Assembly (NCBI GenBank): GCA_965200315.1
Contig: OZ241362.1
Span: 384,001 to 448,000 of the forward strand
Length of the DNA stretch: 64,000 nucleotides
DNA from: Candidatus Latescibacterota bacterium
GTDB lineage: Bacteria > Latescibacterota > UBA2968 > UBA8231
Direction: 5' to 3'
Shown: positions 28,797 to 36,681 of the stretch, in pieces
Layout: each line of letters begins with the position of its first letter
How positions within the stretch are numbered: the first letter of the stretch is position 1
Notes under the pieces: generated by a model
Seen by the model: only the letters and a program-made list of their open reading frames with translations
What the model was told of the DNA's origin: nothing
Database searches by the model: none
Made by a program: the position numbers and the translations under genes

Positions 28797-29723
28797 TTGA
28801 TGGGCAGTGCTGATCTCAAGGTTTTCGCCGGGCGAAGCAATCCCGCATTGGCTGAAGGCATCTACCAGTCGCTGGCCATTGAGCCAGGGCGCATCGAGTT
28901 CATCGACTTTAGCAATGAAAATATAAAGGTGAAGATCTGCGAAAACGTGCGCGGCCGCGATGTGTTCTTCATTCAGACCTCCTGTCCGCCCGTTAGCGAC
29001 TACTTGATGGAGTTGCTCATAGCCCTCGACGCCTTAAAATACGCATCGGCTGGCCGCATCACCGCAGTATTGCCCTACTATCCGTATGCGCTGGCCGACA
29101 GCAAGGACGAGCCGAGAATTTCCGTGACCGGTCGCTTAGTGGCCGATCTGATCGCCGAGGCGGGAGCGGACCGCATTCTAACCATGACTTTACACAGCCC
29201 GCAGACTATGGGTTTTAGCCGGATTCTAGCGGACCAACTAAGCGGCGTCCCGGCAATATGCTCCTACTACGCCGACCTCGACCGAGATAACTTAGTCGCG
29301 GCCGCTCCGGACATCAGCCGCGCCAAGGTCACCGAAACCTACGCCCAGCGGTTGGGGTTGCCCCTCGTCGTCGTCGATCAAGCGGCCGGGGAAAACAGGG
29401 TCATTGGCGACGTAGCCGACCGAGATGTCGTATTCTTCGACGACGCGATCATTACTGGTGCTTCCATTCTCAAGGGAACTGCCGCGGTCAAGGAGCGCGG
29501 GGCGCGCAAAGTCTATGCCGGTTGCGTCCACGGCACCCTAACGAGGGAGAGGATAGCGCGGCTGGATCAATCCAACTTCCAAGCCTTAGCCATTACCGAT
29601 ACGATCCCCTTGCCGGCAGACGCCCGCACCCCTATGGTGCAAGTGTGCTCCGTAGCCTCCCTTTTTGCCAGCGCCATCCGCGCCATCCACGAAGAAACGT
29701 CCATCAGCGCACTGTTCAACTGA
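28797..29723 (+). CDS. Ribose-phosphate pyrophosphokinase paralogue 2 (divergent)
   Basis: ENVRGRDVF, RITAVLPYYPY; lacks the KRR catalytic loop. Confidence 0.85.
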   Translation: MMGSADLKVFAGRSNPALAEGIYQSLAIEPGRIEFIDFSNENIKVKICENVRGRDVFFIQTSCPPVSDYLMELLIALDALKYASAGRITAVLPYYPYALADSKDEPRISVTGRLVADLIAEAGADRILTMTLHSPQTMGFSRILADQLSGVPAICSYYADLDRDNLVAAAPDISRAKVTETYAQRLGLPLVVVDQAAGENRVIGDVADRDVVFFDDAIITGASILKGTAAVKERGARKVYAGCVHGTLTRERIARLDQSNFQALAITDTIPLPADARTPMVQVCSVASLFASAIRAIHEETSISALFN

Positions 29724-29735
29724 GGCGGGTGCCCT

Positions 29736-30458
29736 TTGAAAATCGCAGTACTCGCCGATATTCACGCCAATCTCGAAGCGCTAGAGGCCGTATTGATCGC
29801 TGCGACCCACGCCGGTGCCGAGCGCATTATCTGCTTGGGGGACATCGTAGGATACGGTCCCGATCCTTTGGGCTGTATCTATCGGCTCAAGGAGGCAGAG
29901 GCCCAGATTGTATTGGGCAACCACGACCAAGCGATGCTAGAGCCAGTGTGCATTCAGTCTTTTAATCTGTTGGCCCGTTCTTCGCTCTACCAAGCCTACG
30001 AGATGTTGGGGGAGGAAGAACGCGACTTTTTGCGGCAAGGGGCCTTTCGGCACGTGGAGCGCAATGCGGCTTTGTCCCACGCCAACCCCGTTGAGCCTAA
30101 AGAATGGGAGCCTCTCCTCATGTACGATCGCGTCGCTTGGTGCATGAGCCACCTCAAGTGGTCCTTGGCTTTTGTCGGCCACACGCATGAGGCGCGCATT
30201 TACTGCAAGATGCGCGCCAATCCCATCCCGCTGACTTCGGCTACGGCCGCTGTAGGGAATCACCAATTCTTGGTCTCCGTCGGCAGCGTCGGCCAACCTC
30301 GCGATGGCGATTGGCGGTCGGCGTACACCCTGTGGGATACCGACGAACAATGGGTCGAACTCCAGCGCGTCGAATACCCGGTCAAGCTGACCCAGCAGAA
30401 GATCGACAACCTCGGCTACCCCAACTACCTAGCCGAGCGCCTCGCTAAAGGGGAGTAG
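29736..30458 (+). CDS. Calcineurin-like metallophosphoesterase
   Basis: DIHAN, GDIVGYG, GNHD, GHTH, GSVGQPRDG. Confidence 0.92.
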   Translation: MKIAVLADIHANLEALEAVLIAATHAGAERIICLGDIVGYGPDPLGCIYRLKEAEAQIVLGNHDQAMLEPVCIQSFNLLARSSLYQAYEMLGEEERDFLRQGAFRHVERNAALSHANPVEPKEWEPLLMYDRVAWCMSHLKWSLAFVGHTHEARIYCKMRANPIPLTSATAAVGNHQFLVSVGSVGQPRDGDWRSAYTLWDTDEQWVELQRVEYPVKLTQQKIDNLGYPNYLAERLAKGE

Positions 30459-30469
30459 GCCGGGGCTGG

Positions 30470-31381
30470 TTGCACATGCAGGGCCGCATCATCAGAGTTT
30501 CTGGGCTACAGTGCCTCGTCGAGGTTGAGCAAAGCCACTGGCAGTGCAAAATTAGGGGCCGTCTCAAGACCGGGGACCGCAAGACTAGCTCGCCGGTCGT
30601 CGCTGGCGACTGGGTTGAGGTCGTGCCAATAGCCGAACGGACGGGCGTCATCGAAGCGGTGCATACCCGCTCCTCCAAGTTCTCGCGTGGGGCCAGTGGA
30701 GCGCGTCCGTTTGAGCAGATCCTCTTCGTCAATATGGAGCAATTGGTCGTCGTCGTGGCTGCCAGTCAACCAAAGTGCCGCCGCGGATTTATCGACCGAG
30801 CGGTTGTCATGGCCATAAAGGGCAATCTCCAGCCGGTGGTCTGCATCAACAAGGTCGATTTAGTCTCCCAAGAAGCTGTGGACCTGCTGACCGCACCCTA
30901 CGAGGCGCTTGGTTATCCAATCTATCGCACCAGTGCTCTACGAGGCGATGGCATGGATGCGTTCAAAGCAGCCTTAAGCAACCGCAGCACCGCCGTGGTC
31001 GGCCAATCTGGAGTCGGCAAATCGACCTTGCTCAACGCCGTTGAGCCGGGGTTAGGACTAAAGACAAAAAAAATAATGAAGCGCCACGACCGAGGCCGGC
31101 ACACGACCACGGTCGTGCATTTGTTTAAGCTGCAACAAGGTGGGTATGTGGCCGATACACCAGGGGTTAAAGAGCTCCGCTTATGGGGGGTAAAATCTGC
31201 TGAACTAGCGGCGTATTATCCCGAATTAGAACCGCTACGCGGCCAGTGCCAATTTGGCGATTGCAGTCATTTGCACGAACCCGGTTGTTCAGTCCGGGCG
31301 GCGGTGGCGGCCGGCCGGATCGCGTCGGCGCGCTACGAAGGGTATCGACGTATCTTTGAAAGTTTGAGTAGCGATGAGTGA
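30470..31381 (+). CDS. rsgA: Ribosome small-subunit-dependent GTPase RsgA
   Basis: NKVD, GQSGVGKST, GRHTTT, DTPG, CQFGDCSHLHEPGC. Confidence 0.96.
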   Translation: MHMQGRIIRVSGLQCLVEVEQSHWQCKIRGRLKTGDRKTSSPVVAGDWVEVVPIAERTGVIEAVHTRSSKFSRGASGARPFEQILFVNMEQLVVVVAASQPKCRRGFIDRAVVMAIKGNLQPVVCINKVDLVSQEAVDLLTAPYEALGYPIYRTSALRGDGMDAFKAALSNRSTAVVGQSGVGKSTLLNAVEPGLGLKTKKIMKRHDRGRHTTTVVHLFKLQQGGYVADTPGVKELRLWGVKSAELAAYYPELEPLRGQCQFGDCSHLHEPGCSVRAAVAAGRIASARYEGYRRIFESLSSDE

Positions 31382-32315
31382 ACTGACCATTAAGAATTTG
31401 CTCGCCACCTACGGGCAGCAACTGCGGTTGAAGCTGATCGCCGGTGTTGAGGGCCTACAGCGGACCATCAACAACAGCGACATCCATCGCCCCGGCTTGG
31501 CTCTAACGGGTTTTGTCGAGCTGTTCACTTTGGATCAGGTACAGCTCTTGGGCAATACAGAAGCAGAATACTTGTGCACCTTGTCCGCATACGAGCGGCG
31601 GCAGGCGCTCAAAATCATATATCAATTTGATATTCCATGCGTGGTTTGGACCGGTAGGGGATGCATGTTTCCCGAGTTGCGACAGCTCGCCGATGAGTGC
31701 GCAGTACCACTGCTGGAGTCTGGATTCAACACGGCCGAATTCACTCATCTCATCCGTTTTTACCTCGACGAGGTGTTAGCACCCCAAGTGTCCATGCACG
31801 GGACGCTGGTCGATATCTCTGGGGTAGGGTTGCTTTTTCGCGGTCGCAGTGGTATTGGCAAAAGCGAGGTCGCCTTGGATTTGGTCGAGCGCGGACATCG
31901 GTTGGTGGCCGACGATGTGGTCATCATCAATCGCAAACCCCAAGGCATTTTGGTAGGCTGTAGCTCGGAAATGCTCCAAGACCACATCGAGATTCGCGGC
32001 ATCGGCATCCTAGATGTAAAAAAGATGTTTGGTGCGTGGAGGACTCGGCGGCAGAAGCGGGTGGAGGTAGTGGTTAACCTCGTCGATTGGGACGAAAAAT
32101 ACGCCTACGAACGACTTGGCCTTGAAGACAATAAGGTGGTAATTCTCGGTGTCGAGGTGCCTGAGGTCTTCATCCCGCTGTTTCCCGGCAAAAATATCAC
32201 GGTACTCGCCGAGACCATAGCGATAAGTTATCTCTTGCGCTTGGACGGTGAGTATGCGGCACGGACATTTAGCGATCGGCTCCAAGAGCGGATTAAGGCG
32301 GGCAAAAAACCATGA
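31374..32315 (+). CDS. hprK: HPr kinase/phosphorylase
   Basis: IHRPGLAL, GRSGIGKSE, HRLVADD, IEIRGIGI. Confidence 0.96.
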   Translation: MSELTIKNLLATYGQQLRLKLIAGVEGLQRTINNSDIHRPGLALTGFVELFTLDQVQLLGNTEAEYLCTLSAYERRQALKIIYQFDIPCVVWTGRGCMFPELRQLADECAVPLLESGFNTAEFTHLIRFYLDEVLAPQVSMHGTLVDISGVGLLFRGRSGIGKSEVALDLVERGHRLVADDVVIINRKPQGILVGCSSEMLQDHIEIRGIGILDVKKMFGAWRTRRQKRVEVVVNLVDWDEKYAYERLGLEDNKVVILGVEVPEVFIPLFPGKNITVLAETIAISYLLRLDGEYAARTFSDRLQERIKAGKKP

Positions 32316-33115
32316 TGACGCTTGGCGTGGCAGGCCATGATCACGAGATCGTCGCCCATCGGGATGCCTTGCGGGGTTGCCGCGATATCCAGCTTGTACA
32401 CGAAGCCGACTGTGCCGCAGTCTTGGAACAAAAAATAGATGGGCTGGTGTTGTTGCACGTGGAAGATAAATCGCATTGGATCGGCGCGGCCCTAGCAGCC
32501 GGTCTGCACGTTATGGCGACCCATCCGGTACAGGTGTCGAGCCCTTCCAAGGTGTGTGTGCTGTCCTTGGGGAGGCATACGCACTTTTGCTCGGCTTTAG
32601 CCGCTCGACGGGGCGTAGCGCATTATTCACTGGAACTTTCTTTTAATTCGGCTTTATTCGATCCTATTGATCGCGAGACGATCTGCAACCAAGCGGCCTT
32701 GGACGTATGCGACCTGTTGCTGAGTACGTGGGGGCCGGTAGATGTGCTGTACAGCAGGATGCGCAACTTCTTTCATCTTGGTCGGATGGAGGACGTGTCG
32801 GTCGCGCTGCTGAGGATGCGCAACGGCGTCGAAGGCTCGGTTGCGATCCTAGACTTTCCGGCTGTGGCTCCGACGTTGTGCATCCGCGCATACGCACAAG
32901 ACGCAATAATTGATACTTCTTGGCCTTGGGTATGGGAAGCGGGCGATCTGGCGGCGTACTATCGCAATTTTGTCGCCTGCATCCAAGGGCGCGCCCAGCC
33001 ATTGTTGCGTTTAGAGCAGGTGGCCGCAAGCTATCGTCTTTTGGAATGGATGCGCACATCGGCGAGACAAGATGTTATTTTGAACCGCAAGCAAGTAAAA
33101 CAATATGTCTTATAA
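32312..33115 (+). CDS. Divergent Gfo/Idh/MocA-like oxidoreductase-fold protein
   Basis: AALAAGLHV, EDVSVALLRMRNGVEG, FVACIQG; lacks the usual GxG and EKP motifs. Confidence 0.55.
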   Translation: MMTLGVAGHDHEIVAHRDALRGCRDIQLVHEADCAAVLEQKIDGLVLLHVEDKSHWIGAALAAGLHVMATHPVQVSSPSKVCVLSLGRHTHFCSALAARRGVAHYSLELSFNSALFDPIDRETICNQAALDVCDLLLSTWGPVDVLYSRMRNFFHLGRMEDVSVALLRMRNGVEGSVAILDFPAVAPTLCIRAYAQDAIIDTSWPWVWEAGDLAAYYRNFVACIQGRAQPLLRLEQVAASYRLLEWMRTSARQDVILNRKQVKQYVL

Positions 33116-33131
33116 AATTTTTTATGTAAAT
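33105..33131 (+). other. dif-like site 3: ATGTCTTATAA-AATTTT-TTATGTAAAT
   Basis: The left-arm TAA is the upstream gene's stop codon; identical to the reverse complement of 36629-36655. Confidence 0.85.
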
Positions 33132-33136
33132 GAAAA

Positions 33137-33661
33137 ATGAAAGAACAATCAACGCAACCCACGTACTTCGCTCTTGCGCTAGCATTCTTCTTATTGGCGA
33201 TCGTGTTGCTGTTCAACATGCTGGGTCCTATGGCCGTGCCGGTTACTAGGGAACAGTTCGATCAGATACAAGAGGCCAATCTCATCGAGTATCTGATCGT
33301 GCAACCCCAAGGATTTACTTGGCAGCTTGCAAGAGCCGTCCGTGTCCAAGGTGCCAACGGCGAGACGGTAGCCAAGCGGATTGAGCTAGCCGAGCCGGAC
33401 CCAACCGTGGCCGAAGATTGGCGACAAAAGGGGGGCGCAGTGCGTCAAGAGCAAGATACCTCGTGGTGGGGAGGTGCGGTCTTCATGGCCTTGTTGCTCG
33501 GCGTGGGGGGATGGCACATCTGGTCCCAAATACGACTGGATATCAAAGGGGGAGGAGGGCCACGCCGCCGCTTGCGCGACTTGGAAGCCGCGCTCAAACA
33601 AGGCAAAATTACCCAAGCCGAATTCCGGCAGCAGGCCGAACGGCTCTGGGCCGAGTTGTGA
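33137..33661 (+). CDS. Two-TM membrane protein (FtsH N-terminus-like layout) with a SHOCT-like tail
   Basis: Two hydrophobic helices; C-terminal LKQGKITQAEF. Confidence 0.65.
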   Translation: MKEQSTQPTYFALALAFFLLAIVLLFNMLGPMAVPVTREQFDQIQEANLIEYLIVQPQGFTWQLARAVRVQGANGETVAKRIELAEPDPTVAEDWRQKGGAVRQEQDTSWWGGAVFMALLLGVGGWHIWSQIRLDIKGGGGPRRRLRDLEAALKQGKITQAEFRQQAERLWAEL

Positions 33662-33667
33662 GGATAT

Positions 33668-35458
33668 ATGGCGAGTACTATTCGCGTTCTCGACGAAAGT
33701 CTCATTGGAAAAATAGCCGCTGGCGAGGTGGTGGAACGGCCCGCTTCGGTCGTGAAGGAATTGGTCGAAAACTCGATTGATGCGGGGGCCACTAAAATCT
33801 GCGTGGAAATCAGGGCCGGTGGCAAGCAGTCGGTCGTCGTGACCGACGATGGCTCGGGCATGAACAGAGAGGATATCGCGCTGTGTGTATGCCGTCATGC
33901 CACGAGCAAAATGGCTTCAGTGGCCGATCTGTTTCGCATTCAGACGCTGGGGTTTCGCGGCGAAGCCTTAGCCAGCATTGGTGCGGTAGCGCACTTGGCT
34001 ATTGAATCGCGTACAGAGCAAGACGAAACCGGGACGCGCTTGGTTATAGAAGGCGGCATAGAGCGAGAGATGCACAGCATCGGCCGAGCGCGTGGTACGA
34101 CCATTGTGGTAAAGAACCTGTTTTTTAATACGCCAGCGCGGCGCAAGTTCCTCCGCTCGGTCAATGCGGAAGCTCGCCACGTGGCGCAGACCATCATCCA
34201 TCTAGCCGCTGGTTATCCGGCTCTTGGTTTTGAACTAGAGCACCAAGATCGCCAAGTATTGAACTACGCCCCGGCGTCTCGTCGGGAACGGGCGGCCGAG
34301 CTGTTGGGCATCCAGACTGCTCCAGCCGACGAGTTGTTGGATCTCGCCCACGAGGAGGAGGGCCTCAAAATCGAAGGGGTCTTAGCCGGTCCCGAACACT
34401 GCGGCCGGAGCAAGGGCAAGCAGTATCTCATCGTACAAGGACGGCCCATCTCTTCGCGGCTGATGGCTACCGCTGTACAGCGGTGCTTTGAAGGTTTACT
34501 ACCCGAAGGACATCATCCAGTATTCATGCTCTGGATCGATATGGATCCCAAGAAAATCGACGTCAATGTCCATCCGACGAAGCGGGAGATTCGCTTGTCC
34601 AACGAAGGGCAAGTCATCGCGGCTATTGAGAGCAGCGTCCGGCATACCTTGCGCCTGCCCGATGTCCGATCCTTCGTCTATACTGCGGCCCCAAGGCCGG
34701 ACAGCACACCTCGCTTCAGCGAGACCAGCAGTGCTGCGGGCGTCGAGCCGGTTTCGGTGCGCGTGGGCGAATCGGCGGCACCGGTATTGCAAAGATTGCC
34801 TACGCCCGAAGCGCCCGAGTCAGCAGTTCATGCAAACGACCAACTCAATATGGCCCTCGTCGCTCCAGCCTCAGTCAAAGTCGCTGTCGCCGAAGATGCT
34901 GCGATGTGGCAGATCCACAACCAGTACATCCTCGTCGAGGTAGCCGATGGATTGCTCTTTGTCGACCAGCAGGCGGCGCACGAACGCATCAACTACGATC
35001 GGGCCATGGCGCAAGTGGACGGCGCGGCCAGTGAGAGCCAGCAGTTGCTCTTTCCCATACAGCTAGAAATGGGCGCAGAAGATTTCGAGATCTTCAACCA
35101 AGTGCGAGATGATATTACCAAGCTAGGCTTTGTCGCGCGCGATTTTGGTGCGCGGACGGTGTTGGTGGAAGCTGTGCCCGCTGAATTAGATCGCTTTGGT
35201 GAAGGCAATGCTTTTTATCAGCTATTGAACGATGTGCGCGATGGCCAGCATTCGGGCCGCTCTTGGCGCGAAGCACTCGTCTTGGCTTATGCGCGCAAGG
35301 CGAGCATTAAGAAAGGGCAGAAACTGAACGCCGAGGAAATAGCGCACTTGATCAACGAATTGCTAAAGGCCGACTCACCGCACGTAAGCCCAACGGACAA
35401 GCCGATCATGGCGAGGATGAAGTTGAGCGATATGGAGCGTCTATTGCGGAAGTTCTAG
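33668..35458 (+). CDS. mutL: DNA mismatch repair protein MutL
   Basis: IAAGEVVERPASVVKELVENSIDAG, GFRGEALASI, DVNVHPTK. Confidence 0.97.
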   Translation: MASTIRVLDESLIGKIAAGEVVERPASVVKELVENSIDAGATKICVEIRAGGKQSVVVTDDGSGMNREDIALCVCRHATSKMASVADLFRIQTLGFRGEALASIGAVAHLAIESRTEQDETGTRLVIEGGIEREMHSIGRARGTTIVVKNLFFNTPARRKFLRSVNAEARHVAQTIIHLAAGYPALGFELEHQDRQVLNYAPASRRERAAELLGIQTAPADELLDLAHEEEGLKIEGVLAGPEHCGRSKGKQYLIVQGRPISSRLMATAVQRCFEGLLPEGHHPVFMLWIDMDPKKIDVNVHPTKREIRLSNEGQVIAAIESSVRHTLRLPDVRSFVYTAAPRPDSTPRFSETSSAAGVEPVSVRVGESAAPVLQRLPTPEAPESAVHANDQLNMALVAPASVKVAVAEDAAMWQIHNQYILVEVADGLLFVDQQAAHERINYDRAMAQVDGAASESQQLLFPIQLEMGAEDFEIFNQVRDDITKLGFVARDFGARTVLVEAVPAELDRFGEGNAFYQLLNDVRDGQHSGRSWREALVLAYARKASIKKGQKLNAEEIAHLINELLKADSPHVSPTDKPIMARMKLSDMERLLRKF

Positions 35459-35482
35459 TGTTTGGACACCTGATGATCAGGA

Positions 35483-35514
35483 ATACTAACGATAACAGGC
35501 ATTATCGTTAGTAT
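35483..35514. repeat. Perfect inverted repeat ATACTAACGATAA-CAGGCA-TTATCGTTAGTAT; likely tyrosine-recombinase core site
   Basis: 13-bp perfect arms with a 6-bp spacer, 120 bp upstream of a tyrosine recombinase. Confidence 0.85.
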
Positions 35515-35634
35515 AACAAGTGTGCTACACAGCGGGCAAAATGCTGCGATGTTCGCTATATTTTTTCTTAGCCACTGTTAAGAACATCCCGGATATTTAG
35601 TCATCAGACCTTTAGCCCCTGTGAGCATATTCAG

Positions 35635-36609
35635 ATGAGCCGCGCACTCACTCCAGTCGTCCGCCAACTAACGCCAACACCAGCGTTGATGGCGGACGAT
35701 CCTCTGGAACAATTTCTCAGCGGTCAGCTCAGCGAGCGTACGCGACGTGCGTATTACGCCGATCTCCAGCATTTCTTTTTATCCATCGGCCTAGAACTAA
35801 ATGAAGTGTCGCTCGCTGTCTTGCAGTCAATCACCTTTGAGCACGTGGTCGCCTTTAGAAACCAGCTCGCCAGCGAAGGCTACAAGCGCAGCAGCATCAA
35901 CAGAAAGTTGTCCAGCCTGAAGTCGTTGTTCAAGATGTTGGTCGCCTTGGGCCACATTGAGAAGAATCCCGCCGACTCTACGTTGGTGCGCGGCTACAAG
36001 GTTGATGAAACGCTGGCTGGCAAAGCACTTTCCAATCAGGTGCTGAATAAGATTCAGCAAGCCATTGCCGAGGAAAAAGACGATTTGGTTCGTACGCGCG
36101 ATGCGGCCATGTTTCATTTGCTCACATTCGGCGGGCTGCGCCGCTCTGAAGTGGCAGGCGTCGCTTGGGAAGATATATCCTTGGAGGGCGTCTTTTACAT
36201 CCTGCACCTGCCCCAGACTAAATCGGGCGTGGTGCAGGAGATCAAACTGCAAAACATCGTCTTACATCATCTCGAACTGTACAAACAACAACTACAGGTG
36301 GCGGGCTTGCCGGCGACCGGCAAAGTCTTTATCAGCTTGTCGCGCAACCAATCTCGCGGCCGGCCGCTGACCGACCAATCGGTAAATCACATCGTCAAGA
36401 AATACGCCCTGCGCGCAGGCCTCCCCCAAAACGTCACTGCACACATGTTCCGCCACACATGCTGCACCCTAGCGATTGAAGGCGGAGCCAAGCCCCAGCA
36501 GGTGCAAGCCCATTTGCGCCACAAGGATCTAAAGACGACGATGCGCTACTACGAAAACCGCGAGAGGCTGCTCGATAATGCGTCTGATTATATTAGGATT
36601 GGTAGTTGA
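35635..36609 (+). CDS. Tyrosine recombinase (Xer-like, SAM-like plus catalytic domain)
   Basis: TRRAY..DL, SINRKLSSLKS, GLRRSE, TKSG, HMFRH, LRH, TTMRY: complete R-K-H-R-H-Y set. Confidence 0.95.
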   Translation: MSRALTPVVRQLTPTPALMADDPLEQFLSGQLSERTRRAYYADLQHFFLSIGLELNEVSLAVLQSITFEHVVAFRNQLASEGYKRSSINRKLSSLKSLFKMLVALGHIEKNPADSTLVRGYKVDETLAGKALSNQVLNKIQQAIAEEKDDLVRTRDAAMFHLLTFGGLRRSEVAGVAWEDISLEGVFYILHLPQTKSGVVQEIKLQNIVLHHLELYKQQLQVAGLPATGKVFISLSRNQSRGRPLTDQSVNHIVKKYALRAGLPQNVTAHMFRHTCCTLAIEGGAKPQQVQAHLRHKDLKTTMRYYENRERLLDNASDYIRIGS

Positions 36610-36628
36610 GTGTTTTTTGTTGTGTTTT

Positions 36629-36655
36629 ATTTACATAAAAAATTTTATAAGACAT
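36629..36655 (-). other. dif-like site 4: ATGTCTTATAA-AATTTT-TTATGTAAAT (minus strand)
   Basis: 27/27 identical inverted copy of site 3; lies between the convergent recombinase and leuS stops. Confidence 0.85.
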
Positions 36656-36681
36656 TATATTTTTCAGACTTCACTGAGACC

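Noticed and set aside
35635-36609. Integron integrase or prophage/genomic-island integrase
   Set aside because: There is no IntI-specific insertion, attC-like array, phage or cargo genes, or tRNA-end direct repeat; the flanks are core genes.
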